Source of the DNA: a virus
Strand: one strand, 5' to 3'
Length of the DNA stretch: 64,000 nucleotides
Virus record (IMG/VR): IMGVR_UViG_3300013102_000032
Span: 8,609-72,608 of that record
Of the stretch, positions 1-10,106 are shown piece after piece. Every line of letters begins with the position of its first letter. Position 1 is the first letter of the stretch. Made by a program: the position numbers and the translations under genes. The notes beneath the pieces were generated by a model. It ran no database searches and had not been told where the DNA came from. It was given only the letters and a program-made list of their open reading frames with translations.

Positions 1-105
1 GTTGCGGGGACAGTAGGCATAACTAGAAGTAGTGATGGTTTTACTATACCTTTAAATGCGACACAGTTTCCGAATGGCACATGGACATATGAAGCAACAG
101 AATAG
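1..105 (+). CDS. 3' end of probable tail fibre/receptor-binding protein (partial)
   Basis: Frame 1 open from window start (VAGTVGITRSSDGFTIPL...WTYEATE*). Followed by RBS and chaperone-like/XkdX genes typical of tail-fibre loci. Confidence 0.5.
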   Translation, partial: VAGTVGITRSSDGFTIPLNATQFPNGTWTYEATE

Positions 106-116
106 GAGGGAATAAT

Positions 117-527
117 ATGAAGCGTATATTTTTTGACAATGCAACAGGAGAGATTATTTTAGAGATTCAACCGCAAAACGACATCTTACCGTCAGTAGAA
201 CGGAATATTGAGCAGTTTATCATATTGTCCGAACGTAACAGAGAAACATTTGAAGTAATAGAATTACCATACGGAGCATATACTCAAGATTTTGCAATTG
301 CGATAAGGTATAAAGTAAATATAGAAACAAAAGAACTTGTATTTCAATACATAGACGAAAATGAACCAGAGGTTGAACAACCGTTTCAACCTCCTTTAAG
401 TGAAAAGATCGAAGAGTTAGAAGCGACATTTATGTATGATTCTATGATGAAAGAAATGGCAATCGAAGAATCTAACACACAACACGCAGAGCTAATGTAT
501 CAACTAATGATGAATGGAGTGTTATAA
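117..527 (+). CDS. Putative tail fibre assembly/chaperone protein
   Basis: GGAGG RBS; acidic 136 aa with C-terminal coiled coil; sits between fibre gene and XkdX-like gene. Confidence 0.55.
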   Translation: MKRIFFDNATGEIILEIQPQNDILPSVERNIEQFIILSERNRETFEVIELPYGAYTQDFAIAIRYKVNIETKELVFQYIDENEPEVEQPFQPPLSEKIEELEATFMYDSMMKEMAIEESNTQHAELMYQLMMNGVL

Positions 528-671
528 ATGGATTGGTTTACAAGTATTAAAAAGTTCTATCCTAAGTATTGGGATAAGAAAATGGTTGGAGATGCTGTTG
601 TTGCAAAGAAAATAACAGAAGAACAATATTTTGAGATAGTTGGAGAAGAATACGTTTCTCCTACTGTATAA
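528..671 (+). CDS. XkdX-family small phage protein (not in ORF track)
   Basis: MDWFTSIKKFYPKYWDKKMVGDAVVAKKITEEQYFEIVGEEYVSPTV, 47 aa; typical XkdX pattern (W..IK.FY...V...KIT.E.Y.EI.G..Y). Confidence 0.8.
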   Translation: MDWFTSIKKFYPKYWDKKMVGDAVVAKKITEEQYFEIVGEEYVSPTV

Positions 672-685
672 AATATAGATTTTAT
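668..685. repeat. Palindromic junction element ATAAAA-TATAGA-TTTTAT(C)
   Basis: Copy of the WTAAAA-N6-TTTTAW family; contains the XkdX stop codon. Confidence 0.7.
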
Positions 686-813
686 CAAGAAATAAATGTC
701 AGATAAATACAAAAACATAGTTAAAATGCAACAAATAATTAACACATCACTCTCCTACTTTGATACTTTAGACACATATTATAGAGTGATAAAAATACTA
801 GGAGGAAATAATA

Positions 814-1494
814 ATGACAAATTTTATTTATATTACGCTAGACACTACAGCTCCGTCTAATCCAAGTATCAAAGTAGAAGGAGATGCTATATTCACCACA
901 AGTCAATTAGTAACACTGACAATAGGAACTGGCGATTCGGTTACTACTAATTACCAAATGAAAATTTGGGGAGATGTTGACACCGCTTACAATGCTAATA
1001 TAAAAGGGACAGAAGTACTATCTAACTGGATTCCATATAACGCTAGTCAACAAATTAAATTATCTACTATAGATGGAACAAAAAATGTAAATCTAAAAAT
1101 TAGAGACGATGTACATAACGAATCTTCTATATCTACTGATAGTATTAAATTAGATACTAAAATACCAACAGTAACAGCTACTAGTGCAGATGTTTCAAAG
1201 ATTTCAAAAATCGTAGGGAAAGATACATTCTCATTCACATTTAGCTCAGATAAAGATATCTCAGAATACAAAGTTAAACTTGTTGGATTAACTAATGCTA
1301 CTCATGATACTGGAAATTTAATTCCAACTACTAATGGCTCTGTTAATACAAGTGGGGTTGTTACTATATTGGAAGGTCAAGTTACTACTGTAACTATTAA
1401 GGCTAAAGATCTGGAATTAGCAGGAGCTTCAACAGATGGTCAAAAAGTTGTAAAAATATTTGTAAGAGATGCATTAAACAATTGGAGTGCATAA
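814..1494 (+). CDS. Virion structural protein with Ig-like beta domains
   Basis: Thr/Ser-rich, LDTTAP and LDTKIP linkers typical of Ig-like repeats; tail-module context; GGAGG RBS. Confidence 0.6.
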   Translation: MTNFIYITLDTTAPSNPSIKVEGDAIFTTSQLVTLTIGTGDSVTTNYQMKIWGDVDTAYNANIKGTEVLSNWIPYNASQQIKLSTIDGTKNVNLKIRDDVHNESSISTDSIKLDTKIPTVTATSADVSKISKIVGKDTFSFTFSSDKDISEYKVKLVGLTNATHDTGNLIPTTNGSVNTSGVVTILEGQVTTVTIKAKDLELAGASTDGQKVVKIFVRDALNNWSA

Positions 1495-1511
1495 TCTAAG
1501 GAGAGGGTGGC

Positions 1512-1949
1512 ATGTCAAGTTTTGTTTTAATTGAATTAGATACAAGAGCTCCAGAGGTAGAAATATATGCACCTTCATACTCAGCTACAAATATAACTAA
1601 TAATATTATTGTGAAGTCAGATGAGAATTTGTCTGACTTCCAAGAAATATATTTGATAGATAGTGAAGGTTTAAGATATGATTACACATTTAAAAAAGAT
1701 AAAAACGACACCCTAATAGGAAGTGTTAATTTTCCAAATGATGGCATAGTGACTATATATGCTAGAGTAGAAGATGAAGTTGGTAATATTTCTGAACTAT
1801 ATAGCAAATCAATTAATATCAAAGAGTCTTTATCTTTATTAAGATTGGAAATTAAGGACAAAGGTATGAATATTAATACTGATAACAAGGTAGCAAATAC
1901 ATATATAAAAGAACATGTTAGAGATATAAAAATAAAAGAGGTGCTTTGA
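1512..1949 (+). CDS. Ig-like domain structural protein
   Basis: N-terminus FVLIELDTRAP parallels FIYITLDTTAP of the previous ORF; contains a VEDEVGN motif. Confidence 0.55.
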   Translation: MSSFVLIELDTRAPEVEIYAPSYSATNITNNIIVKSDENLSDFQEIYLIDSEGLRYDYTFKKDKNDTLIGSVNFPNDGIVTIYARVEDEVGNISELYSKSINIKESLSLLRLEIKDKGMNINTDNKVANTYIKEHVRDIKIKEVL

Positions 1950-1950
1950 T

Positions 1951-2244
1951 TTGGGAAAAAGTAATATTAGTACATATCAGTATGGTAATACAGTTAGATT
2001 TGAATGCACATTTTATAATTTCAATAACGAGAAAGTAAATCCAGATTTAGTAAAGGTTATAGTTTATAATTACAAATATGAAATACTGTTAGAAGAGATT
2101 ATAAATAGCGGTATTAATATTGGCGAATATATGTATGATTACACAACAGGAGATAAATCTGAAAAATTGTACTATGAATGGTATGGAGAGATTGACGGAA
2201 ATCCATCTATCAAGCGTAAAGAGTTTCAAACTAGATTTATATAA
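1951..2244 (+). CDS. Hypothetical tail-module protein
   Basis: TTG start after GAGGTG; 97 aa, beta-rich. Confidence 0.55.
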   Translation: MGKSNISTYQYGNTVRFECTFYNFNNEKVNPDLVKVIVYNYKYEILLEEIINSGINIGEYMYDYTTGDKSEKLYYEWYGEIDGNPSIKRKEFQTRFI

Positions 2245-2258
2245 TTGGAGGCATTTTT

Positions 2259-2555
2259 ATGAAATATTCTATTAAGGGTTCTACATTTATAAGCGATGGT
2301 ACAGAGATTATAATTACTATCAATAAATATAAAATATGGAAATTATTACAATCGAATGGAAAGAGCTTAATAACAGACGATGACATATTCGATTTTGAGG
2401 TATGGGTAAATGCTCAAGAAGATAAAGACATGTTGTTTAACGATTTAAAAACGTTTATCAATTCATATGGTGGAAATATTAATTGGCATGAATGTAAACA
2501 TGATGAAGACAGTAATGAACCTTGTGTAATAAAAGAATCATACAGAGGTGAATAA
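2259..2555 (+). CDS. Hypothetical protein
   Basis: GGAGG RBS; 98 aa; C-terminal HxCxHD..C cluster. Confidence 0.55.
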   Translation: MKYSIKGSTFISDGTEIIITINKYKIWKLLQSNGKSLITDDDIFDFEVWVNAQEDKDMLFNDLKTFINSYGGNINWHECKHDEDSNEPCVIKESYRGE

Positions 2556-2557
2556 GC

Positions 2558-4171
2558 GTGTTTGGAATAGTAACAGATAAATTAATTAGATATTGGCATT
2601 ATAATGAAGGTCTAGCTAACAATGTTTGGAGAAGTATGCTTAACGCTGACCATAAAATAATCTTGACTGGTGCTTCAAAATCTACTGATGGAATCTACTT
2701 TGATGGAGTAGATGATTATGGTCAAATGACTCACCCCGAAATTAGTAATACATCACTTACAGTAGAGATTATGGTAACATTAATAAACCCAAGTAAAAGT
2801 GGGTACTCGACAATATTAGGGGAGAATGGAAATACAAAATTTGGGATTTTTAATTCTGATTTAGTTCCTTTGGTAAGATTTAATTCTGAGGGCGGTCTAT
2901 ACCACAACAAAAAGATAGAATGGAGTAAAAAAAGTCATTTAGTTTATGTTTATGATTCAGTCGATAAATTAGATAAATTATATGTTAATGGTATTTTTTC
3001 TGGATCAAAGACAAGTAATACAAGTGTGAAAATACCTTCGATTTTAGATTTATTTAGTGGTTTTATTGCTACAGGAGACATTCATTATTTGAGAATGTAC
3101 AGTAAAGCTCTAACACTCGAAGAAATTTCTCAAAATTATTTAGCAGGCATAGATGTTGGATTACCAAAAAACCCACCCAATGCTGTAACTAACCTGCGTA
3201 CAATACTAGTATCTGGTAATGTCGTGAATATTAATTGGGATTTAACTGCATACACATCATCATATATTATTACTAGAAATGGCACTCAGATTGCAGAGGT
3301 TTATTCTGGCAACTACAGAGACACAGGTTTAAATAAAAATTCAACTTATATTTATGAAGTAATTGCTAAAAATGATATAGGTGTATCTACGCCTACTTCA
3401 CTATCCGTTACTACTGAAAACACAAATTCAGTTAGTATATTTGAAGACTTTGAAGACACAGACTTAAATTTCATATTTACAGGCGATTGGACTATGGTGA
3501 CAAATGTATCTACAAATACTAATCACTCTGGTGTTGGAGCTTTAAGAAGTAAAGTCATTAGTAACAGTTCGAAAAGCATATCAACATTCCAATTAAACAT
3601 TCCAATTGATGCGATTAATATTAAATTTCAATTTAAGTATAAAGTTTCTTCTGAGCAACGTTGGGATAAATTCACTGTATCTATTGACTCCGTAAAAGTG
3701 ATTAATGAAGTTAGCGGTGAAATAGATTGGACAACATATAGCAACACATCTCTCACTGCGGGAACGCATACGGTTACATTAGAATATGCCAAAGACACTT
3801 CTAGTAGTGGTGGTTCGGATTTAGTTTATATAGATGATATTGAATTGATGTATGATACTATTGATCCTACGCCTTCACTCCCACCAACTGTTTTATCTGT
3901 AATCGCTAGCAAATTAATAATAAGTGACGAACTAAATATGAATCAGTCTATTATAACTGTTCAATTTGATAAAGATGTAACACAATATGTTGCAAGATTA
4001 AATGGTATAGACCATAATACAGGAGCATTAGTCCATGATGGCGGATCTGTCATCTTTGGTGAAAATGCTGAGATTGTAGTAGATTGGAATGAGCTATCTT
4101 CCGAAGGTGAAAATAGAATAAACATATATGGAAAAGATGCCAATGGGTTGTGGACACCTTATATAACTTGA
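2558..4171 (+). CDS. Tail-associated adhesin: LamG/ConA-like + FN3 + carbohydrate-binding-like + Ig-like domains
   Basis: FDGVDDY...HLVYVYD...LYVNG...YSKALT (LamG); PPNAVTNL...YRDTGL...YEVIAKN (FN3). Confidence 0.75.
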   Translation: MFGIVTDKLIRYWHYNEGLANNVWRSMLNADHKIILTGASKSTDGIYFDGVDDYGQMTHPEISNTSLTVEIMVTLINPSKSGYSTILGENGNTKFGIFNSDLVPLVRFNSEGGLYHNKKIEWSKKSHLVYVYDSVDKLDKLYVNGIFSGSKTSNTSVKIPSILDLFSGFIATGDIHYLRMYSKALTLEEISQNYLAGIDVGLPKNPPNAVTNLRTILVSGNVVNINWDLTAYTSSYIITRNGTQIAEVYSGNYRDTGLNKNSTYIYEVIAKNDIGVSTPTSLSVTTENTNSVSIFEDFEDTDLNFIFTGDWTMVTNVSTNTNHSGVGALRSKVISNSSKSISTFQLNIPIDAINIKFQFKYKVSSEQRWDKFTVSIDSVKVINEVSGEIDWTTYSNTSLTAGTHTVTLEYAKDTSSSGGSDLVYIDDIELMYDTIDPTPSLPPTVLSVIASKLIISDELNMNQSIITVQFDKDVTQYVARLNGIDHNTGALVHDGGSVIFGENAEIVVDWNELSSEGENRINIYGKDANGLWTPYIT

Positions 4172-4196
4172 CAAATGAAGTAAATAATGATATAAT
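4168..4196 (+). promoter_or_regulatory. sigmaA-type promoter
   Basis: TTGACA-17bp-TATAAT with extended -10 (ATAATGA). Confidence 0.8.
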
Positions 4197-4249
4197 ATCG
4201 TTATATGAGTATTATCGTATAACGATATTTATGAAAGGGGCTAAAGGAT

Positions 4250-7090
4250 TTGTTTATTGATATAAATTATAGTAAAGAGCTAAAAAAAGCTAAATTACAT
4301 TTAAGCAAACCTAGCAAGCAGATTATATCTCATATAAGCGAAAGAAGAGATGGCGAGCTTTCAGCAAAGCTAGGAAATATAAACGAACTTAATTTTTCTA
4401 TTCCATATACTGTTGAAGAAAATGGTAAATTAGTTCATAATAAACATGTTGATATGATAAAAGAAAAGATGCTCATAAAGATGTCTTTTAACAATACATA
4501 CGAATGGTTCATAGTTGAATCCATAAAAGAGAATGGTGATGATGAAACTTTATTCAATGTTCAATGTTTCTCATTAGGATTCGAACTGACTCACAAGAGA
4601 GTGTTGCAGTTGAATTATGAGTCAGTGAATGCAACTAGTTTGCTGAACGATTTGCTAAGCGTTTCTACATGGAAGATAAAAGAAGTTGATCCTAAATTCG
4701 ATGCGATGTTTCGTTCTTTTGATTTCTCAAACACTAATAGATTAGATTGTATAATACAAGCCAGTGAAACATTTGGTGCTTTAATAGAATGGGACACTAT
4801 AAACAAAAAGATATCATTTGTTAAATTCGAAGCGGATGAAGGAGAAATAAGTACTAGAGGTCAATTTAAAGGGTTGACCGCTAATTATGGCAAGCTATTA
4901 CGCTCCGTAGAAAAAGATAGAGTTTCTAACGAACTTACTACTAGACTATATGTTTATGGTAGTGAAGAATTAGGTATACATAGTGTAAATCCTACAGGAC
5001 AAGGATATCTAGAAGATTTTTCATTCTTTATGTATCCGTTTGAACGCAACGAAAGTAAGCAAACGATTAAGAGCAGTCATTATATGTCAGATGAATTATG
5101 TCACGCAATATTAGATTTCCAAGAATTGCTATTATCTGTTTCGGAAAGCATAAGAAGTAATATGGATAGCCAAGTATTAAAATCTGCAGAAGTAGCAAAT
5201 GAAAAACAAGTCTTAACTACTTTAGAACTAGAGATGGATACAATTCTAAATAAACTAGACGTTGCTAAGTCTACTGAGGATGAGTCTTTAATAACGCAAT
5301 TAGAAGGTGATAGAAGTGCTAAGCAAGCACAGATTGACTCTCAGAGAGCAGTAGTAACCTTAAAGACATCTGAGCTAAACTCTATAAAGATGGCTTTAGA
5401 GAATATACATCAACAATTAAATGAGGATAGCAACTTTACTCAAGAATTACAAGATGAGCTTAATTTCTACGTATTAGAAAAAGAGTGGAGAGACGACAGA
5501 TACATAGATGTTAAAGAGTTGTATGACGATGGTGTGAAAAAATTCAAAGAACTTAGAGAGCCTAATGTAGTTCTATCTATTGATATGGAGAACTTCTTAA
5601 ACATACTTGAAGAGCAGTTTTATTGGGATAAGTTGGTTCTCGGAGATTTGATTAAGATTAAATATACAGAAATGAATTTAGAGTATATGGCTAAAATCAT
5701 AGAGATTAAATACAACTTTGATGACAATAGTATCAGTTTGACAATTGCTAATACTACTAAAATTGGTTCAGATATAGAACGTTTAAGAGATTTGCTATAT
5801 AAAACAGAAAACGCATCAACATTAATACAGAACAACAAACATAAGTGGGATAAAGTAGGATTTGTTGAAGATGAAGTTTACAAACTAATCAACGATACTC
5901 ACGATGCTAACAAGCGTGAAATTACAGCAGGAGTAGATAATGAAATAACAATAGGCAAGAGAGGTATTATTGCTAGAAGTCCATCAAACCCTAACGATGT
6001 AGTTATTATACAAAGTGGTATTATTGCATTGTCTAAAACCAATGGAGACAAGTGGGAAACCGCTCTTACTGCAGATGGTGTTATTGCGGATAGACTTGTC
6101 GGAAATGTTTTGATTGGTAGAAATTTAATAATGACAAATAGTAGTGGTCATTTTTACTTTGATGACACTGGTATGAGAGTAAAGACTAATCAGTTCATAC
6201 TCGAATCTGAAACAGAGACAGAAACGTTTGATGTTATTAAATCGAAAATAGATATGTCGGCAGGTAAAATAGCTTTGATTGTAGGCAGTGATAATAAACT
6301 AAATGGTGAAGCTATTGCTTCATCTATAGTAGTTAGTCCTAATGCAATAGACTTAATGAGTCAAAACATCAACTTCACATCTAGAGGATTAGACTTGGCT
6401 TCATCTATAAAGATAAGTCCACAAGCAATAGATTTAATAAGTGAAAGTATAAATTTAACAGGCAAAGTTACATTTTCATCTTTTGATCCTTCTACTAAAA
6501 ATTCATTAGAAACTGTGACAGGATGGAAAGCAACTAATAAGACTACTATTGATGGTGGCAAGATAGAAACAAATACTATTGGTGCTAATCAAATTAAAAC
6601 CAATGAACTTATCGTTGGAGTAAATATAGCTATGGGTGCTAATGCGGTTATAGATTGGAATCAAGTTGGAAGTAAGCCTTTTATTCCTTCTAATGCTAGC
6701 GACATCGGTGCATTATCTAGTAGCTCTCCTATGCTAACATACATAACTGGAACAGGTATATATACAGGAACTCTTTCTGCAGATAAAATTATCGGTGGAA
6801 CTATCACAGGTATAACTATAAATGTTACAACAGATTTAGATGTAGGTAATAACATATATCTGGGCAGAAATACGAATGCCACAAAAATGATTAAGTTTAA
6901 CAGTAGTGCAACGATATATTCTGAAAACTCATCATCTCTAAGTGTATCTGCATTAACCTTCTCTGTTCGAGATGGAGATGTAAGATTGGGAAGTAATGGA
7001 TATTCTGTAGCATTATATGGAACTGTAGATTTATCTACAGCTAGTTCGGTATCATGGGGTTCACATGCCCCTGTAGCAAAATGGGGGTAA
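4250..7090 (+). CDS. Phage tail spike/baseplate hub (prophage tail endopeptidase-like) protein
   Basis: 946 aa; TRLYVYG motif, central coiled coil, ITAG/TADGVIAD and beta-helix-like C-terminal repeats typical of siphophage Tal proteins. Confidence 0.75.
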   Translation: MFIDINYSKELKKAKLHLSKPSKQIISHISERRDGELSAKLGNINELNFSIPYTVEENGKLVHNKHVDMIKEKMLIKMSFNNTYEWFIVESIKENGDDETLFNVQCFSLGFELTHKRVLQLNYESVNATSLLNDLLSVSTWKIKEVDPKFDAMFRSFDFSNTNRLDCIIQASETFGALIEWDTINKKISFVKFEADEGEISTRGQFKGLTANYGKLLRSVEKDRVSNELTTRLYVYGSEELGIHSVNPTGQGYLEDFSFFMYPFERNESKQTIKSSHYMSDELCHAILDFQELLLSVSESIRSNMDSQVLKSAEVANEKQVLTTLELEMDTILNKLDVAKSTEDESLITQLEGDRSAKQAQIDSQRAVVTLKTSELNSIKMALENIHQQLNEDSNFTQELQDELNFYVLEKEWRDDRYIDVKELYDDGVKKFKELREPNVVLSIDMENFLNILEEQFYWDKLVLGDLIKIKYTEMNLEYMAKIIEIKYNFDDNSISLTIANTTKIGSDIERLRDLLYKTENASTLIQNNKHKWDKVGFVEDEVYKLINDTHDANKREITAGVDNEITIGKRGIIARSPSNPNDVVIIQSGIIALSKTNGDKWETALTADGVIADRLVGNVLIGRNLIMTNSSGHFYFDDTGMRVKTNQFILESETETETFDVIKSKIDMSAGKIALIVGSDNKLNGEAIASSIVVSPNAIDLMSQNINFTSRGLDLASSIKISPQAIDLISESINLTGKVTFSSFDPSTKNSLETVTGWKATNKTTIDGGKIETNTIGANQIKTNELIVGVNIAMGANAVIDWNQVGSKPFIPSNASDIGALSSSSPMLTYITGTGIYTGTLSADKIIGGTITGITINVTTDLDVGNNIYLGRNTNATKMIKFNSSATIYSENSSSLSVSALTFSVRDGDVRLGSNGYSVALYGTVDLSTASSVSWGSHAPVAKWG

Positions 7091-7096
7091 TTAAAA

Positions 7097-8248
7097 ATGG
7101 CTTCAATAGGCGTTAATAGTTTAACGTATAATTCCGCTACACTTTATGTGGCAGAGCTAAACACAACGACAACATATAAATCTATTTATATATCATGTAA
7201 TGGTTCTACCTCTCCAAATTTAGCAAAAGGGAGTATCAGTTCTACTTCGAATGGTTGGACTGTGTACGGTCTTAGTGGTGACAGTTATTATTCTGTAAGT
7301 TCTACTATTACATCCTCTGGTGGAAGCGTGGCTTATCCTTCTGGTGGGTTTAGTACTCCATCAGCTCCACAACCGCCAAGTGGCATATCTTCTGTAAGTT
7401 TAACTCCTTCATCTAGTTCGGCTGTGATATATGTATCTTGGTCTTCTGCTAGTGGAGCTACAGGTTATAGGGCTGAAATATATAGAGGTAGTACATTTAT
7501 AGATAGTATAGGAACAAGCGGAACTTCTACTCAGTTCGGAGGTCTATCCGAATATACGGAGTATCGTGTAAAAGTCTATGCTCAAAACGCCAACGGCAAC
7601 GGAGCTCCCAATGATTACAACTATGCAACAACAGGAGATTTTACACCTCCTTCTGTATCTTACTTGGGAGCTTCTGGATTAGGTAGCTTGACATTCTCTT
7701 GGAATGCCAGTGATAGCGGAAGTGGATTACGTTCTAGTAATAGATATAGATTATATATAGGTTCTAGAGATGGCAGTTCTGCTACTTTAGTAGCTAGCGG
7801 TTGGACTAACTCATCTAGTACATCTTGGGTAACTGATTCTGGCGGAAACGGATTGATAGCAAATGCATATTATTGGGTTGGAGTAAGAGCTTACGATAAT
7901 TGGGGAAATGAATCATCACTACTATCATATCAAATACAATTCAAAATAACAAGACCTAATAACTGGACTTGGGACTTCGCTAAAAATAGCGGAGGAACTT
8001 TTACTCTAACTGCTAGCGAATGGAATAATTTCACCGCACGAATAAATCAGTTTAGGCTATACAGAGGATACAATACATATGCTTTCAGCACAGTAGTTAA
8101 AGGAAATACTGCATTTGCTTCTCAATTAAATGAAGCGATAATTGGAATGAGGGCGATGTCTTCGCCTCCTGCGGAAGTATCTAGCGGTGCTTACGCAAAC
8201 GCCAGTTTCATAAATGGTTTAAGTAATACATTAAATTCAATAACTTAA
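7097..8248 (+). CDS. FN3-domain tail protein
   Basis: Ser/Gly-rich; VSWSSASGATGYR...LSEYTEYRVKVYAQN and a second FN3 (WVGVRAYDNWGN). Confidence 0.7.
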   Translation: MASIGVNSLTYNSATLYVAELNTTTTYKSIYISCNGSTSPNLAKGSISSTSNGWTVYGLSGDSYYSVSSTITSSGGSVAYPSGGFSTPSAPQPPSGISSVSLTPSSSSAVIYVSWSSASGATGYRAEIYRGSTFIDSIGTSGTSTQFGGLSEYTEYRVKVYAQNANGNGAPNDYNYATTGDFTPPSVSYLGASGLGSLTFSWNASDSGSGLRSSNRYRLYIGSRDGSSATLVASGWTNSSSTSWVTDSGGNGLIANAYYWVGVRAYDNWGNESSLLSYQIQFKITRPNNWTWDFAKNSGGTFTLTASEWNNFTARINQFRLYRGYNTYAFSTVVKGNTAFASQLNEAIIGMRAMSSPPAEVSSGAYANASFINGLSNTLNSIT

Positions 8249-8271
8249 AAAGATAAAAGGGGAATATACAA

Positions 8272-8436
8272 ATGGAAAATGTTCAAATACAAATGGAAGA
8301 CGTAATTAATAAATTAAAGAAAAGATTGTCATCAGATGCTTACAATATAGCTATCTTAGAAGCTACTATTGATGTTTACAAGTTAGAAGTAGAAAGACTA
8401 AATAACGAATTGTCAGAATTAAGAAAAAATAAATAA
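8272..8436 (+). CDS. Small coiled-coil protein (not in ORF track)
   Basis: MENVQIQMEDVINKLKKRLSSDAYNIAILEATIDVYKLEVERLNNELSELRKNK; AAGGGG RBS. Confidence 0.65.
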   Translation: MENVQIQMEDVINKLKKRLSSDAYNIAILEATIDVYKLEVERLNNELSELRKNK

Positions 8437-8441
8437 TAGGA

Positions 8442-9281
8442 GTGGATATTATGACGAATGCAAAAGATATATTAATAGCTTTAGATGACGGTCATGGAAT
8501 GGAGACGAAAGGCAAGAGAACGCCTGCTATACCAGAGCTAGATAATAGAGTTATTCGTGAAAACGAATTTAACAGAGAGGTTGTTAGATTAACTAATATT
8601 GAACTGAGTCGATGTGGATTCAGAACATTATTGACCGCTCCAACAGATATCGACACACCTCTATCGGATCGTGTAAAGCTAGCAAATGGCAAAAAGGTAA
8701 ACTTGTTTATAAGCTTTCACTACAACGCTAATACAGGTTCTTTTATAACAAATAAAGCAGAGGGATTCTCGGCTCATGTTTTCAAGACAGTTGGAGATAG
8801 TGCTGATTTCGGTAATATACTTTTGAATAATTTATCCAAAGGAACTTATCAAAAAAATAGAGGATTAGTAAAGCAGGATTTATATGTTACTAGAGAAACA
8901 ACTATGCCGTCAGTATTGATAGAATTTGGTTTTATGGATAATAAAAGAGAGGCAATGCTTATGATAGATGCAAACTTTCAAAAGGAATGTGCTATTGAAG
9001 TTGCTAAATCCGTATGTGAATTTTATAAAGTTACATATGTAGCAGAAGTCCAAAAAAAAGAAGATAAGGAGGAGGTAGCAGTATCTAATTTATTCAATCC
9101 AGAATCTTCAAGTGTTGTAGATTCTGTTTCTAATGTCTTATCTGTTTTAGAACAATTCGATAACGGATTGCATAAACAATGGAGACAGCGTTTGACTGAC
9201 AATAAGCTGACAGATTCTCAAGCTATAGGATTGCTATATGTGGCTGTAGAGCGTGGATTAATACAATTAAAGAAGCAATAA
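8442..9281 (+). CDS. Endolysin, N-acetylmuramoyl-L-alanine amidase (Amidase_3)
   Basis: IALDDGHG, E in RENEFN, SFHYNA, SVLIEFGFMDN zinc/catalytic motifs; true start probably ATG 8451. Confidence 0.92.
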   Translation: MDIMTNAKDILIALDDGHGMETKGKRTPAIPELDNRVIRENEFNREVVRLTNIELSRCGFRTLLTAPTDIDTPLSDRVKLANGKKVNLFISFHYNANTGSFITNKAEGFSAHVFKTVGDSADFGNILLNNLSKGTYQKNRGLVKQDLYVTRETTMPSVLIEFGFMDNKREAMLMIDANFQKECAIEVAKSVCEFYKVTYVAEVQKKEDKEEVAVSNLFNPESSSVVDSVSNVLSVLEQFDNGLHKQWRQRLTDNKLTDSQAIGLLYVAVERGLIQLKKQ

Positions 9282-9357
9282 CATGTATGCTTTCTAATAT
9301 GTATAAACAAGGGATGAAAGGGGTTGCAAGCAACAATAGGTAGGAGGAAATTAAGTT

Positions 9358-9687
9358 ATGGATTTCTTGAGAATATTATTAGAAGACACTAGTTGGTTGA
9401 CTGCCGTCTCAGCGATAGCAGGTTCTATTATAACATATTTAATAACAAAAGTTAATAAAGATAAAGACGTTTCTATTAGCGACAGAATGCAATTGTCCAA
9501 AGATCAATATCAACTTATATCTGAACTGAGAGAAATGATGCAGGAGCAGAGAGTTGAAATAGAAAAACTTAGAGATGAAATGAAACAATTACAAGATGTC
9601 AATGTTAGTTTGATTGTTGAGAATAGAGAGCTACGAATAAAAATTACAGAATTAAATTCAAGATTATCTAAATTTGATTCACAATAA
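9358..9687 (+). CDS. Putative holin/antiholin (N-terminal TM + coiled coil)
   Basis: One hydrophobic segment then heptad repeats; lysis cassette position. Confidence 0.55.
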   Translation: MDFLRILLEDTSWLTAVSAIAGSIITYLITKVNKDKDVSISDRMQLSKDQYQLISELREMMQEQRVEIEKLRDEMKQLQDVNVSLIVENRELRIKITELNSRLSKFDSQ

Positions 9688-9720
9688 TTTCAAAATAAAA
9701 AACAAAGGGGAATACATAAT

Positions 9721-10059
9721 ATGGAATCTTTACAAGTTGAAATAGTAAATCTAGTTATCTTAATTGTTTCTGGATTAATGGGTATAGCATCTGGATACGT
9801 AACTTCTTATTTGAAGAAAAAAGGTGTAGTAGCACAACTAGAAGGCAATAAAGAGATTGTTAGAATAGTTGTAAATGCTGTTGACCAGATGTATAAGAAT
9901 CTAAAAGGCGAAGAGAAATTAGATTTAGCAAAATTAGAAGTACTTAAAATGGCAAAATCTAAGGGTTTAAATATCAGTGAGAAAGAGTTAGATTTATTGA
10001 TCGAATCTACTGTAAAAGAAATGAATAAGTCAATAAAGAATGAAATTAAAAATAAATAA
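9721..10059 (+). CDS. Phage holin, LL-H family
   Basis: N-terminal TM; VNAVDQMY...GEEKLDLA...IESTVKEM pattern. Confidence 0.8.
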   Translation: MESLQVEIVNLVILIVSGLMGIASGYVTSYLKKKGVVAQLEGNKEIVRIVVNAVDQMYKNLKGEEKLDLAKLEVLKMAKSKGLNISEKELDLLIESTVKEMNKSIKNEIKNK

Positions 10060-10065
10060 AATATT

Positions 10066-10095
10066 ACTCCCACAAATTAATGTGGGAGTTTTTTT
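10066..10095 (+). terminator. Rho-independent terminator
   Basis: ACTCCCACA-aattaa-TGTGGGAGT followed by T-tract. Confidence 0.85.
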
Positions 10096-10106
10096 GCGTT
10101 TGTATG

